A DNA stretch of 64,000 bases from Octopus sinensis (GCF_006345805.1 NC_043009.1:46500001-46564000); one strand, 5' to 3'. Positions 37,378 to 52,349 are shown, numbered from the stretch's first letter. Numbers and translations: made by a program. The notes: generated by a model not told the origin, from the sequence alone.

Positions 37378-40300
37378 CGATATATAAATATATACATTTA
37401 CATATGTATATTTGTGACTGTGTATACATACTTACATACACACACATACACATACATACATACATACATACATGCATACATACATACATACATACTACAT
37501 ACATACATACATACATACATACATACATACATACATACATTCAAACGTGCATCAACATTTGAAAAAGAGAGAACATATCCTTTGACATATCATAGAAATC
37601 TTAGCTTGAAGTGGATCTGAATCCGTATTCTGAGCTTTATGTTGAATTGTAAATAATAAGCTTACCACAGTAAAATTTAACGTATATATAATAGAACAGT
37701 ATATATTATTTCTACAAAACACTCCACTTACATAATTCATTGAGACCAATGTAAAAAACAATTGGAAATCATGTTGGCTTTGGTGTCAAACTCATATCCT
37801 GTAATTATACTCAAAATTAAATCCACAAAATTATACCCCTGCAATTTTACTTTAGTATATGTCAAAGAAATTTGTGAAAAATAAGCCAGAACTGACTTTT
37901 TCCATCAATGGAAGAAATTACAATACCAAAAGTGACCAACAACTATTCCTCACTTTTCTGATAAAGAGCTTTTGTCTGCAACCACACTTCCATTCTCTTC
38001 TCCACAAGAAACTAACTAATGCCTCTTTGCAACCTCTTTTTGAGCTTATTGCCGACGTAGACCATTACTAGTTTCAGTGTAATCAACTTTACATTGGTGA
38101 GTGTTGATGTATCTTGTAGGTGATGCAAATAGTATGAGATATTGTATTACTGCGTGTGATTTCCAAACGGGTACGCTGTATATCCCGCGTATCAGGCTGG
38201 GTTGTTATTCGTGGAAACCAGAATGATTTACAATGCTAAATTTTTATGAAGAGATCGGTTTCAAAGACAGAAACTCATATTTTAGTAATCGTATGATGAC
38301 TTTTATACATTTAATTTATTCCCATTATTTTTATATTGTGACACTTGGCGGCAGAAGATATATTCCACATTCAGGCGAAAATGATATTTATTTATTATCA
38401 TTATTTCATTTATTCATTTATTTATTTTTTTTATGCAAATGATGGAATATGTATGCTGCTCGAGGAATGCGTATTTAGAATGACAGTAAATTTCTTAAAC
38501 ACTGGCTTTAACTATATTGCGTTCCTTACTTTGTATCTTTTTCGCTATTACTTTTGTTTCATTTGGTTACGCACAGTTTGCTTTTTCGTGTAATTTCTTT
38601 GGCGATGCAATATGAATAAACAGCATTGATTAAAATGGACCGATTTAATTATCTGTGCTTTCTCAATTTATTTTCAAATGTTAGTTCTGTATCGCGTCCA
38701 AGAAATTATATTTTACAAGTAGTATCTATTTTATCAGCATGTAACAATATTTACATTGTCAAGCATTTATGAGTGACATAAACAATTTCCTTTCCCAGTA
38801 CCAGCTTCCATTTATGCTGTTGAAAGAATCCACTTTTCTATAGATGTTATTGTATGGCATTAATTTGAGTTTTAAGATTTTTCTGAAAAAGATAACCTTT
38901 ATCTTCTCAACACGCCAAAACTTCGTAACCTTCTCTCTGTTTAATGGATATATTTTCCAAAGGATTAGTACTGCTTATAAATATACGTTTCGGATTAGAT
39001 AGCAAATATTGCTATTATAACATTTTAAGAAATAGTAATTTTATATAATTTACTCGTCAGTTAAATAATGTTTGTGTCCTTTATCTTGAAAGATTTCGGT
39101 GTGTTGGTAGATAATTCGAAACAATGAAACAAACATTGCACAATCGATATATTTAGTTTATGGGACTTGCTAATAACGATGAAATGGTACTGAGTTCATG
39201 GCATTTAGGGCATGGGGGTAAATTCACAGCTGTGCGTCGATAGTTCTGATACAATTTATTTGTGATATAGACGCAACAATGTAGGGATCAGTTGAATGGG
39301 AAATAGTATTCATAGCACTCAACACATGAGATGGCAACGACTCATTATGAATCAAAGCAATAAGAATTATTGCTAACAAATAATCACATTAAAAAAGAAA
39401 CAGATGGTTGTGTTAGAAAAAAAATCTTTAAATCTGAAGTGATTGACCTTTAAACATTATTAATAACAGCAATAACAGCATGTGAAAGGCGTCATGACCT
39501 AACTGACAGTCGTCAAGGCTACACATAACTTTCAGTTTCGCAACAGTTCAGAATAGAAGTAATAAAACGGAACGAGAACTAAGATAACAATCTACGCATT
39601 AAAATAATATAGCTAAACACACACATAATTAATTATATGTGCGCGCCTGCATATACACACTGTCAAACCCAGACAGTCACATACGCACATACACAAATAT
39701 ATAGTGTGATCTGCCGCTTTATGAAACCACTTAGAGTTGCCCCGTTTAGCGCTGATTCGCTGTAAGAGCTCTTTTTCGAGGAGATAATATTTTATTGAGA
39801 TGGAACATTATCAAAAAAAAAACAAGTAGAACCCATAGGAATAACAGATTTTTATAAATTTTCTTGCTTTGATATTTTATATGAACTTACATATCTTCAT
39901 TTATGTAAGTTAAAGACGACATCAGATCAAGGCATTGAAAATAAAAAGATGTTGGCATTTTATCACAGAATCACCTAAATATTTCTGGTGTTCAAATGTA
40001 GCAACAGTTCTTCATTCATATGTTGTTTCCATACTCGATTCCTTTCTCGTTCTTGTTTTTCGTACATGCTTTGCATTCTTTGTTGCCTTTTCGTTCTTGA
40101 TATCGTAACATACAATCCGTAGCCTTTTTAGCAACCATGTTTTCTCTTCCAAGAGTGATCCTCTTTAATAATATACGTATATGTTCAATCATTTTGCATC
40201 TGTTAATTTTGTCTTAAATTTTCATTTGTTTATTCAAATTTTCGAATTGTGATGTTTAGTTAAATATAAAGTGGAAATAAAATTTGTTGTACAAATGAAT

Positions 40301-40559
40301 TTGTATAAATGTAGAATGGTTACAAAAGCAATAAAAATGACAAGTAATGCCTTACTGCCTTAATACCATGCCGCTATCATGCACATAAAAGTGAAGGGGA
40401 GAGTACTTTCTTCCTCTCAAAAGGTGAAAGTGTTTTATAGAAAGTGGAGTAACAGAATGAGTATGTTCGTGTAGAAATATATATTATGAAGGAATTTACG
40501 AATAATCATTCAAATTAATATATATTTCGTCATACACAAATATTTCACATAACTTTTTA

Positions 40560-41330
40560 CTCTTCATAAATTTAAAATAGCTCAAATCTCAAGTACCGAA
40601 AGATCAGTAAAGTGTCGCGGAAAACTCTATACTATAAAAAATTGCAAATGTTGAAGGAAATGAAGCTGGTGTACGTCGATAATCTCTGATCGTTTATTTT
40701 GTTTAAGTTGTCTCTCCAAACCGTTGTCAACATCGATGAAACGGTACTTTTCTGATAAAGAAATCCATTCCACTTTCGTTACCCGAGGAATAAAAAAAAA
40801 GCTTTTTGCTTCAAGGTTTTAGAAGACAGTTTAGCACTACTACTTGACGATAATGCTTGAGGAGACGTCAACACAAAGACAACGCCCTTTCATCATCCAG
40901 AAATACTATGATATATGACAGAATTTTGAGATCGAACAGGAAGGCATGAATGACAATAGAATGTTTCAATAGTTTCACCTAAATTTTAGTTTAGCAACAA
41001 AAAGATATTACGAAGACCATAACTTAAAACTATGTCATTGTTAGAGATTGACAATACTCCAGGTCACTTGTAGAATCTCGATACCCTTCAAGCCCGCAAT
41101 CTTGTCAAATTCATTTACATACTAACACCATCTCCTTATTTCAATAGTCTTCTACCTTCATGGTACTTTAAACAACTCAGTGACGAAAGAGATGGTCAAA
41201 ATATCTTATCGAGGACTTTATAAAAGCCGCTACTGTACCATGAAAAAGATAAAATATCAAAGCAGCCTAGGACGTTGTAACTGAGAACTGCATGAGCAGA
41301 GTTTGAACGAAGCAATGATAAGGAGCAAGC
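40560..41330 (+). mobile_element. Tigger/pogo (DDE_1) transposase relic
   Basis: VVNIDETVLF, FKVLEDSLALLL..NA*GD, EIDNTPGH remnants with many stops and frameshifts. Confidence 0.6.
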
Positions 41331-41339
41331 AGTAACTTT

Positions 41340-41700
41340 CTGAAATTACAAAGAAATGTTATCAACAGCCACCATTGGGTTCACCTCCGAAAAGGAAAAG
41401 GAAAGTTGCAGGATGTCCAAATCTTGGGTATCTTCAAGACTTTCCACTCCCCTCCTACATTTAGTTGCCCGCTTTTGCACACAGTAGCGACATTCCTCTA
41501 ATGTAGCAACCATGTCAGCATGGATGTCGTTGGAGGCTAAACCCTTTTCTGTAAGTACTCTATAACACTACGATGTTAAATTTTGTCCATATTCAAGAGA
41601 ATTCGCTTCAAGTTAATTTTGAAATCTTCTTTGAAGAATCAGTTATCTCTTTACCACGAAAGAGACAATGCAGTTAGTAATACGAAGTATTGAAATTACT
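41340..41700 (-). mobile_element. Mariner transposase N-terminal relic
   Basis: rc: HRSVIEYLQ-KGLASNDIHADMVATL...RRGVESLED. Confidence 0.65.
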
Positions 41701-41999
41701 GCATGCAAGATTTGACAGAACTAGTATTACTTCTTCATAGTCAGCTTATGAAACTTTCAGTCCACCAGCATATATTTATTCATTGAATGAGTCTCTGGAA
41801 AAGATCCACGATATAAAATCTGTCTTAGAAATAGCTTTTGGTGATCATGGTGCTTTTGCTTAGTACTAGATATTTAATAAGCGGTACTTAGAGAGTACAA
41901 CACATATCATATAGATTTATATGCCACTTTAACTCAGTGATTTACGAACGGTTCCATCATCTCGATGAATAATAAGATGGCTAGCATCTGACAAGCTAA

Positions 42000-42042
42000 A
42001 CTGACTACCTCACAAACAATTATATAATATATGTATATATAT

Positions 42043-42073
<31 letters not shown>

Positions 42074-42681
42074 ATCTATGGGTATGTATATATATATATA
42101 TGTGTGCATATATACACACATTGTATTATGTTTGATTATTATTATTATTGTTGTTGTTAAAATATTAATTTATATATAATTTCTTGATAATTATTAGTTA
42201 CGATACGTATATCTATTTATTTATTATGTTTATTGTTCTTTTTATAATGTGATTTAACGTATTACATATAATTTACGTTGAGAAATAGTTTTGTAAGTCA
42301 ATATGTTATTTAATAGTTAGGTGGTCTATTTATTACGTAGTATTGCATTTAAGTGAATAGGTTTAATACTAATTGATACTTTGGTCAACTCTATAATTGA
42401 ATAAATTATTAAATCTATATATACTACATATATATTAATAATATAGTTAGTTTATATCATAGGTGTGTATATATTTGAACCAGTTTCTATTTTTAATTGT
42501 AATATTTATAGCTTATACTAGCATTATGCATATTATTTAACATGAAGTTTTTTTAGTATACATTAGTTAATGAGATTAAGATTTAATTTAATGTGTATAT
42601 ATCAAATGGTAGTATTTTAGTTTTCACTTAATGTATATTTTGTATTTTATATATATGTATATATATATATATATATTATAT

Positions 42682-42742
<61 letters not shown>

Positions 42743-43377
42743 ATATGTATGTATATATATATATATATATACATATTTATATATATTTGTTTTAAATAAT
42801 TTAATTAATTGCATTTCATTTTCTAGTAATGATATATTATAGTTTATTATTCTTTTCTTATATATGTTAAAATTTTATTTTTATAGATATAATAAATATT
42901 TATACCTCTTTATTCTATTCTTATTTGCACAAGAATGTATTTGTTGAGATATTTCGTATTTTACAAGATTATATACGTATATTTGTTAATTTATTTAATT
43001 ATTTTATTGTTTGTATCCTTAACCTGAAGAGTGACTATATTCATATTGAATTGATTTTACTGTTATCATTTCTTAAATATTGCCACGAAACACGTGTAGT
43101 TATTCTGCCAAATATATACGTTTTATTTATTATTTTGCTCATTACTTAATCATTGGTATATGTTTTTATCTTATATTTTAATTTTCTACAAGATGTAATT
43201 TTTTCTAAATGGTATAATTTAATTTTTTCATTGTTGAATTGATAAAAGATGTTTTTTCTAATTTATATAATTTATATATATATATATATATATAAATTAG
43301 AAAAAACATTTTGTGAAATTTGATTTAGTATTTTTAAATTGAATTTTTCCCTGTAAGTTTGGAATAATATTCCCTCA

Positions 43378-43427
<50 letters not shown>

Positions 43428-43430
43428 TAT

Positions 43431-43478
<48 letters not shown>

Positions 43479-43480
43479 CG
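42000..43480. repeat. Extremely AT-rich low-complexity block with (TA)n and (TTA)n
   Basis: Visual composition; degenerate dinucleotide repeats. Confidence 0.8.
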
Positions 43481-44365
43481 TCTGGGGAATATACATATAT
43501 GTATATGTGAACAGCAAGCGGCCTCCCGTTTAACCGATGTACAGGGAAGGGCAGAAAGAGCAAGAGATACAGTAAATGACGTTGCTAGAAATGCAGGTAA
43601 AGGAGTCAGTGATATGTTAAGGACGATGATGGCTGCCTGCTGGAGTGGTAGGGGCAAGTGCGCTAGCGTGGGCGGGAGCAGGGAACGAGCCAGGCTGGGA
43701 TGTGGGGTTAGGGAAGAAACCGTGGACCGGTAGGTTAGGTGGGTTGTAGGCTCGTTTGAAGGAGGGAAGAGGTAGGTTGTGGAAGATGTGCGAGGTGGAG
43801 TGGGAGGACTAATGTCGCCGGATGGCTCGGAGAAGGGTGGAAGGATTGGAGGTGGAGGGGTCGGACTGGTGTCGCCGGAAGTCTCGTTGAAGGCTGTAGG
43901 GGTTATAGGTGAGAGGAAATGGGCTACGACGGGGCGGGTTCAGTGAGAGTGAGCAGAGGTACGGTCCGCGGAACTTGCCCTGATGAGGGCAGTGTGGATA
44001 GTGGTGAGGAGATATCCAGGCAGAATGAAGTGGCGAGCCATGAGTTGAGACTAAGTCTCAAAGTCATAGTTGTCACTGCAGGGCCTGCGCAGAGGGAGGA
44101 ATTGGGAGTAGAGGATGGAGAACTTGGTGTGGGTAGGGTGCGGTGAGAAGTTAAGGTAGGGGTGTGAGTCGGTGTGTTTATAGTGGATGGAGGTAGTGAG
44201 AGCGGAGTGGTGTATGTTGACAGAAATGTCTAGAAATGCAACGAAAATATTGGAAATAGCGTAGGAGAATTCGAGGGTAAGATGGATGGAGTGGACAAAA
44301 GGAAGGAGTCTAGTTGTTCGCGGGAGAGTGAGGTCGGAAGTGGGACCAGTGAATCGTGAGAATAT
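43480..44365 (-). pseudogene. Penelope-like RT thumb + linker + GIY-YIG remnant
   Basis: rc: FLDISV, TSIHYKHTDSH, YSQFL.LRR.CSD, FPLTYNP, DSFTCISSNVIYCISCSFCPSLYIG. Confidence 0.8.
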
Positions 44366-46049
44366 TTATGCTTCAAAGTAGCCAACGGACAGGTTCGCAT
44401 AGTTAGGGCTCATTCTTGTTACCATATGTGTAACATAACATATATCAACTACAAAACAATATCTTTAACGACGCCATCTTTTATTATAAGTTATTTACAA
44501 AGAACTCACATCTGAAATGATTTTGCCTTTCTGTTCCGCCTCTATTCTTCTCTATTTCTCTCTGTCTTTGTCTGTCTCTACCTCTCTTTCCCTCTCTCTC
44601 TCTCTCCCACATATATTTACACAGATGCACGCACGCGCATACACACACACAGTGACACAGACACACACACCACACATACACACGCATACAAATACTGTCC
44701 CTAAATTTTTCTCTACACAGCGACACTGTTATTTACATTAGGAACGACACTTATATTCTCTATCATCTCTGTCTCCTATTTTATAATTTCTTTTATTTGA
44801 CATATTTTCTCGTATATCATTTAATCTATTTGGCTTTTCTTTTACACATTGTTCACTCTCTTTTGCTCTCTAATTTTTACTTTTTCCTCTGTACATACTT
44901 CCACTTCTTTTTTCTTTCCATTAATGTTTCAAGTTTTGTAAACTGCAAAGACGTAATGTTATCTGTAGAACTGAACTTGTATCCAAACAACTATCAATGA
45001 CAACTTACTCATGTGCATACATACATTTAAACTTTGACATGGCTGTGTTTAAATTTCTGCAGTGGAACTGAATATAATTTCTTCTGGAGAAACTACGTTA
45101 ATTTGACGTAACTTTAATATAATGCAGCTTGGTTCAGTCTAAATTTCTTCCCTTATGCGGAATTTAGAGGGAATTACCATTACGTGAATTATTTATTACA
45201 AAAGATAAATCTAATTTAGACCGATTAAAGTTTGATTAATCTGGTTTACATTGGAAAAGCATAGCATCCTCTTTTTTGATCTTGACTGAGTAACAGAAAC
45301 TTAAACACAACCAAACAAAGGAAAGAAGAGAAAGAAGAAACGAGAATAAAAGTAATAAATTTCGCTGTAATCTTTGCAGTTTTCATGGTAGTTTTACAAT
45401 TTCAAGGCTTTCTCTGATGCATTCTAATTAATCGTCTATTGTTTTTACAACTTGAAAAAAAATTGCTATATTTTTCTAATTGATAATATCCCAAATGAAA
45501 TTGGAGATTGGGAAAATAATTTTCAGCCCTCAGACTTGAAGTGAAGAATAAAATAAGCGTTTTATTCATTGGCAACAAACTTATTTTAACTAAGAAGGTT
45601 GTAAGAAAATGTTTAGAATATAATTTATTTATTACCTTTCATTAATACTAGTTTCTTAGCTACAATTAATAACAATTAGCAACTAAGTCGTATGATTAAT
45701 TCATGCATTTCTTGGCTACGGAATCTTCATTTTTTTTTTCACTTCAATTCTGTATTTCCTCCTTCCTTCACCAGTTACTAAATAGCGAAATTGGAACTTA
45801 ATAGCTATCAAGCTAAAACTACCTTAAAGATATTGTTTTTTAGTTGATAAATGCTCTGCAGCTCATCAGAGGTGGTATATATACATCTCTTGCTCAACCT
45901 TAGAAATTTATTTTCGTTTAGGCATCTCTCACTCCATTAAACATGGAATCAAAAGAAATTGGTGCCTTCTGTGGCAGACTCTTTTCATCCACTCATTTTT
46001 TGTCCTTTTCATTCCATTTTACTTTTCTTACTGTCAACATTAGCATTCC

Positions 46050-46800
46050 ACAAATCTCCAGCTTAAATCTATTCCATCACCACAAAACAACTCCTGCGCT
46101 TTGATAGATTCATAGGCTATTCGGTACCGTAGTTCGTTGGCCTTGACATTGCTGTCGTCTAAGGATTTCGCTTGCTTCGTCTTATAGTATGTGTCTTCGG
46201 GACAGTGATTGATGGAGAGATCAGCAACAACCGTTAACTTTTCGAAGCCGTACATAGTTCAAAGTTCTGTAACCGTTTACTGTTATCTTCAATTTTCTCT
46301 GCTTTCTGATTTTTGAAATGTTTCCTCGAATTGCTCTAAAAACAAAACGTATATCGGTTTGATTCGCAGAGTGTGCCATTCGATTAATCTGCCTCCTCTC
46401 CGTCCAACAATGGGAAATAAGTCTGAGATAATGATATGGGTATTCAGAGATCATTAGAAGCAGGAAGTGTGCACTGGCCATATCTTTGTGCAAGTTGCCC
46501 CGCGAGAGAAGCTTTTTCACTGCCGATGAACTTAGTATCAGTAGGGATCCTATATTATTTCACCATTCTGTAAATGATGTGGGATGCGCCAGGTCTGTGT
46601 TTCCAAATTCTCCATCCCAATAGATGGAGCTTAGTGAGAATTTCCTCCGAGTTCCCTCTCGAAGATATGTTACTTGCTTCTTTTCTTTACCTGGTAAATT
46701 TGTCAGGCAAAGAGATACTCCGTTATTTGGCATACTCCTCTGGTGGAATCATTTCGAGGATCTCCTTCAGACCTAACACTAGCAAAATATACCACATTGT
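46050..46800 (-). mobile_element. Degenerate Gypsy-type integrase fragment
   Basis: EILTKLH, RGNLHKDMASAHFLLL..SEYP (cf. RIHVDFAGP..FLL..SKYP), SNGTL..S (cf. SDNGTQF). Confidence 0.45.
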
Positions 46801-47429
46801 CGTTGAGATCCGTTGCCTTTATACTGTTTATAATTTAAATTAATATTTTCCACATTATATGTTTTTTGTGATTCCTATTGTACAACAAAAGGCGGTTGTT
46901 TCAAACCTTGCTGTTTCTTAATTTTTTTTTCAATTCTGTTTTCCCGTTTGAAATTATTTGAGAGTACCACGCTTGTTTACGCTATTGAATCTACTGCTAC
47001 CACCCCTCAAGGAAAATATTGCAATGGGTTAACTGCAGACAAATATATAATTAAATCAAGCAGATTCAAAGCATATTTCCCGCCACAGGATGATAATTAA
47101 CGACGACAACAACAAAACCGAAAGTTGCAACAGCAATAGCAACAATAACAGCTATTCATTCGATGTTTGGCACAAAGTCAGCAATTTTAAGAGTCAATTA
47201 CATAAAATCCAGTGCTCAACTGGTAATTATTTTATCGAATGTCAAAGGCACAAGTGGCCACAGTGAGATTTTGTGCTTAGCACGAAAAGAGAAGAAAGAA
47301 ATACCATTAAACTGTCTGTCTAACGCATTATCAATTCTACTACTCACTGCCTATTTATTATTTAATAATCACCTTGATCACCTTGACCGGCCAGTGTCGG
47401 ACGTCTCTTTGAATCCGTTGGCCATATCA

Positions 47430-48360
47430 TTTCATACATTCCGTCGTTCTTGATTTTACCCTCCTTCTCCATTGCGGTCCCATTATTTTCTTTATATCGT
47501 CAATCCACCTGAGTGGTGGCCTTCGGAGTGGTAGTTTCCACTCGTGCAGGTACCACTCCACTGCAAGGATCCGCCAATTATCGGTGCACTGTGAGACATG
47601 TCTGGCCTGCGTGATAAAGTCCGGCGATAAAGTCCTTCACTTTCGTTTCCGGCGATAAAGTCCTTCACTCTCGTTTCGGATGTGATCTCTCTAGGATATT
47701 ACGAGCATCGACCTTTCCATTGTTCTTTGCGATGTTATCAACTATTGTTCTTCCCTCTTCATCATCGTCCACATTTCACTTGCACAAAGCATTGCAGGTA
47801 GAACCGTACAGTTTAAGGCATTTGCGCGAGTGGCTTTTTCAGCACATCCTTTGCTGAAATGAATACTCTCCAGCTTGGTCTTATTCGCCGCAAAATCTCA
47901 TTTTCCATATCACGTCCCATGGCTATAGCTTGGCCTAGATACATATAACTTTCAACCTCCTCGATTCCATCGCCTCCAACTTAGCCAGTTGTCACGTCTT
48001 CGGACTGCATGTACTTTTTTTATACGTGATTGATCATCAGGCCGACTTCAGAAATGCTGGTGATCAGCTCGTTCATCAGACATATCTGCCGTCCCTACTG
48101 ATGTTTCCGATGACCATTTATAGACATGCAGTGAGTGAAGGGCTCTGGAGAGATGCTGCCTCCCTGTTTGATTCACTTCGTGATCGAGACACGCACGAGT
48201 GATGATAACAAGGTCACGTCCGTAGTGCATCCCGAATTTGCCTCCCTAAGGAAATCCATGTAGTGTACAGCAACACCTTGCTTCCCGAAGGAATACAGCA
48301 CTTCATTGATATCGATACCGTTGAAGGTCTTTTCGTAGTCAACGAACCAGAAAGCACACT
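47430..48360 (-). mobile_element. RTE-clade LINE 3' fragment
   Basis: rc: FVDYEK.F, KQGGSISP, IEEVESYMYLGQ, VLPAMLCASEMW, RPPLRWIDDI; tandem tail tcaaggtga. Confidence 0.8.
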
Positions 48361-48860
48361 CATCAGGGCTGAAGTCATTGAGCGAACACTTAATATTTGC
48401 GGCTCAAGATCAAAGCTTATTAGACCAGAACTATCAGGTCAATGTTACTAAAATGGGGTTGATCCAAAGTGCCGATTCTGCAATGATGAGATTGAAACAG
48501 TGTACGTAAAGTTTTAGCACGATAGAGTATAAATCAAGCCATGACAGATTTGGCTAATACCTACAATACCATTATAAAATGAAAACAGTTGACAAGTGAT
48601 ATAAGCATCAAACTGAGGTAGAAAAATGTAACTTTCCAGGACATACAGAACTATCAAAGTTAATAAACTCTGTTAATATATATCGATAAAAAGGTTGTTT
48701 CGAAGCGTCTGTCATTATCTAATATCTCAAATTGAAATATTAAAGCTTTACGTTCACTGCACAGTAGGTTCTAACAACTGATAAACAATATTAATATACT
48801 CTGGCGAAATTTTTCGTTTTCATTTGCAACACACACACACACTCTCTTTCTCTCGCTCTT

Positions 48861-48896
<36 letters not shown>

Positions 48897-49509
48897 TGAG
48901 GAAATCAGGCAATTTATTGACTTAAAATCGTTGTGTAAATGCCCTCAGATTATTGTTTATACATACTGCAAAAAATTTATATTGGATAACTTCTTAAAAC
49001 TTTCTGAAGCTTCGAACTCATGTAACTTATTTCTTTTCCGTCGTTATCTAAGAATTATGAAGTGAATCTGTTGCTATGGCTATTTGATACGTTACAGGTA
49101 CTATCATAACGCTATGTGGTCACAGCTATTTTTTTTTTGGGGACACTAAACGTAGTTGGACAACCTTGATGTTTGCATAAAACAGAGAGATTATGACTGA
49201 TAAAATAACGAAAGCAATATTTACTGAGCAAGTGAGCACTATTATACAAAGAAATAATTAGAAGTAAAATGCCATAAACTTATTAGAATTAGGGGTCTTT
49301 CTGCTACTGTAAATAATGTTTTTTTAATATTGCAAATGAACAATGCAGTGTCTTCATTTTAATGGCCTATAAATGTATATATATATATAGAGAGAGAGAG
49401 AGAGATCCATTGGTGTTGGAAATCACTCGGCATGAAATAGAAAGAAAATTTCAGGAATAAGTAAGACTAATAATAATAATAATAATAATAATGATAATAA
49501 TAATAATAG

Positions 49510-50410
49510 AAATGACAACTGGAAAATTAAAGCGCTACATGAACAATTCCTCAGAGAAACCGAGGGAGAGGACATGATCAACCCTTGGAAATAGCTAAGA
49601 AAAAGTGATATAAAAGGATGCACTGAAACATTGATATGCAGCATCCGGAACAATCTCTGAGAACTAATTACATCAAGTTCCAAATGGATAAGAGCAGCGA
49701 ACCGCCCCTTTGTATGATGCGTGGCAGCAGAAATGAAGTAATCTCACATATTGTGAGTGAGTGTAGTATGCTGGACTAAAAGCACAACAAAAGAAGGAAC
49801 GGTAATGTGGCTAAGTTCGTTCACTGGATTCCTAAACAGAGCATATAAATGGTACGAACATGAACCAGCAGGAGTCATCTAAAACATGGAATATAAGATA
49901 ATGTTAGATTTTACAATGCAATTTGACTCCCTAATCGAGGCTCGGAGACCAGATATTGTTGTAGTAGATAAAGGGAAAAAGGAAATCAAGACTATAGATA
50001 TTGCAATACCTAGAGATGCATGCATAAGTAACAAAGAACTAGAAACGATTGAAAAATACAAACTACTAAAAGACGAAACCGCAAGAATGTGGTCTATGAG
50101 GAAGAGTGTCTGTCATTCCAGTAGTTATAAGGGCACTCGGAGCACTAACAACCAAGTTCGAGAAATATGTCAGAGAAATCGGAATTGAAATAAGAGCAGA
50201 ACAAGCCCAAGAAACTGCGCTGCTGGAGACAGCTAGGATTTTGTGATTGGTATTTGGATGTCGAATGCTTCCCACTATAATTAACAACTAAGTATCAATG
50301 CTTATAATGTCCGAAAGAGACTCTGTGAGACCTCAGACAGCGGGATGCTGTCCGCTCTCTTCGAATCTACCAGAGCAAACTGGATCGAGCACTCTAACAA
50401 ATAAAAAAAC
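49510..50410 (+). mobile_element. R4/Dong-type LINE 3' fragment (CCHC knuckle + RLE) with (TAA)n tail
   Basis: ARRPDIVVVDK..IDIAIP.D..ISNKELETIEKY, ALLETARIL; (TAA)n 50410-50567. Confidence 0.8.
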
Positions 50411-50447
50411 AACAACAATAATAATGATGATGATAATAATAATAATA

Positions 50448-50502
<55 letters not shown>

Positions 50503-50513
50503 TGATGATGATG

Positions 50514-50567
<54 letters not shown>

Positions 50568-50568
<1 letters not shown>

Positions 50569-51260
50569 ATGAGGGCAAACTATGTAAAGTGCAGATTTCA
50601 TAAATGAACTGAGAGCGACAACTGCAAACAGTGTGGCGTGAGGAGTGAAACAGTGTGGCATATTGTTGGCGAATACCCCAAAATTGGGACAACGTGAATA
50701 CAAAAGGCGACATGACAACGTGGCAGGAATGACCTATTTATTGGGAGCTACTGGAGATTATGGCCTACAAAGATCAAAGGAGGATCAGATGTTACTGAGA
50801 ATGAGGATTGCGAAATCCTGTGAAATACAATGATTCAGTTGTAAACATCGGATGAAACCTGACATTGTTGTGGTGAACAGAAAAGGCAAGACATGCCTGA
50901 TAATTGATATAGCATGTCCTGGTCACAAGAAGGTTAAAGTGAAAGAAGAAAAAAATGAACAATTACAATGCATTGAAATGGGAAATACACAAGTTGTGTG
51001 CAAGGAAGAAAGTGGACGTGATAACAATAGTGATTAGTGCACTTGGAAGTACCAGCTTGACAGAAAAGTGAGCCTATGTAAAAACCAACAAAGGCTAAAA
51101 AGTTCTGGACTAGAAGCTGAAACGGAAGGAATCATTCTCACTGCACAAGGCCAATGTGTAACTACATACAACTATAAAAGCAATACAATGAAAAGCGATC
51201 CTAACACCAAATGCAGAATGTTCAACAAGCCCAATGAGACATTTGACTACATCATCTCTC
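50568..51260 (+). mobile_element. Two further R4/Dong-type 3' fragments
   Basis: CKQCGVRSETVWHIV..YKRRHDNVA, KPDIVVVNRK..IIDIACP; LEAETEGIILTAQGQ..PNTKCRM. Confidence 0.7.
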
Positions 51261-52130
51261 GCTATCCATTCCTCATCAAATCCTCCCAGTCTTTAATGAT
51301 TATGTCAGGTCGATTAGCCTGGATCGTTCTGTTGCTGTTGACTAGAAAATTCCGAAGGGTATTGACATTTTTACCTTCAACGACTGGCTCAGGATGATAT
51401 TCATACCAGTAAGCAGGAGTTCTGATTTTTTAGTGTTTACATATTTTCCAATGTAAGTACTGCCCTACTCTATCGTGGGGATTTTTGTATTCGATTGGTA
51501 TCAGCACAGGACATCCCGAGACGAGATAGTCTATTGTTTCGTCAAATATATCCCGGAATCTGCATTTAGCGTCAGAACCGTTTTGAAGAACGTTAGCCTG
51601 GTAGGTTTTGGTAAGCAAGCTTTGATCTTGTGCCGCCAGTATAAAACCTTCAGTCTCTGTTTTTAGTCCTGAGCTTCTCGGGCACTGATGGGCTGTTGCT
51701 TAGTCTACATCAGCGTTTTGGCTTCGAAGTACAAACTTCCATGTAGAGGCTTGCATACAAGCCGCAGAGTCCAGTCCTCTGTACTAGATGAATAACTGTT
51801 CGTTGCTATTGTGGAGATCTTGTAGCACAGTTCTGCTTACATCATTCCTGTTCCCACATTACGTCTAGGAAGTACACTCGATCAACGCGTTTTTGGGTGG
51901 TGCATGTTAGTGGTTTTCTTGTCCCCGTGAATATAATGTGCTGCTCTATCGTGCCTGTTGAAATCTTTAATCTGTTGGCCTGGTAGTTCCTTGAAGGTTG
52001 GTATTGATCTTTGGTTGCTATGATAAACTCTCCTATTTTTCATTTTAAGCCAGAAGACACAAACCATTGATGGGTAGGGGCTTTGTCAGCATCGGCACTA
52101 TTAGCTCTCTTTGGGTATTTGGCATTGAGA
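51260..52130 (-). mobile_element. R4/Dong-type LINE fragment, opposite orientation
   Basis: MHHPK, LTKTYQANVLQNGSDAKCRF..ETIDYLVSGCPVL..HDRVGQYLHW, ANRPDIIIKD. Confidence 0.7.
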
Positions 52131-52349
52131 GGTTTTGCTTGTCATTAATCAGTAAGAATATCTAAGGCAGCAGTTTTAGCACGCGTTTTCATGCGCTTAA
52201 CTTTTTCTATGCTTGTTTCCAATACGTCTAATTCTGGAATTTGTTGTATTTCGAATTCAATTAGAATTTCCTCGTTTTGTTACTGAGTATGATGCTTCCT
52301 TTTTTTCTTTTTTTTCTTTTTTTTTTCTTTTTCATGCTTTGAGACAAGG

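Noticed and set aside
39900-40150. Cys-containing minus-strand stretch resembling a piggyBac C-terminal domain
   Set aside because: Too few conserved residues to support the call.
42000-43400. Mitochondrial control-region NUMT
   Set aside because: No adjacent mitochondrial gene or tRNA similarity recognised.
50298-50718. Poly-Ile / poly-Leu ORFs that look like membrane proteins
   Set aside because: (TAA)n repeat, the LINE tail or target.
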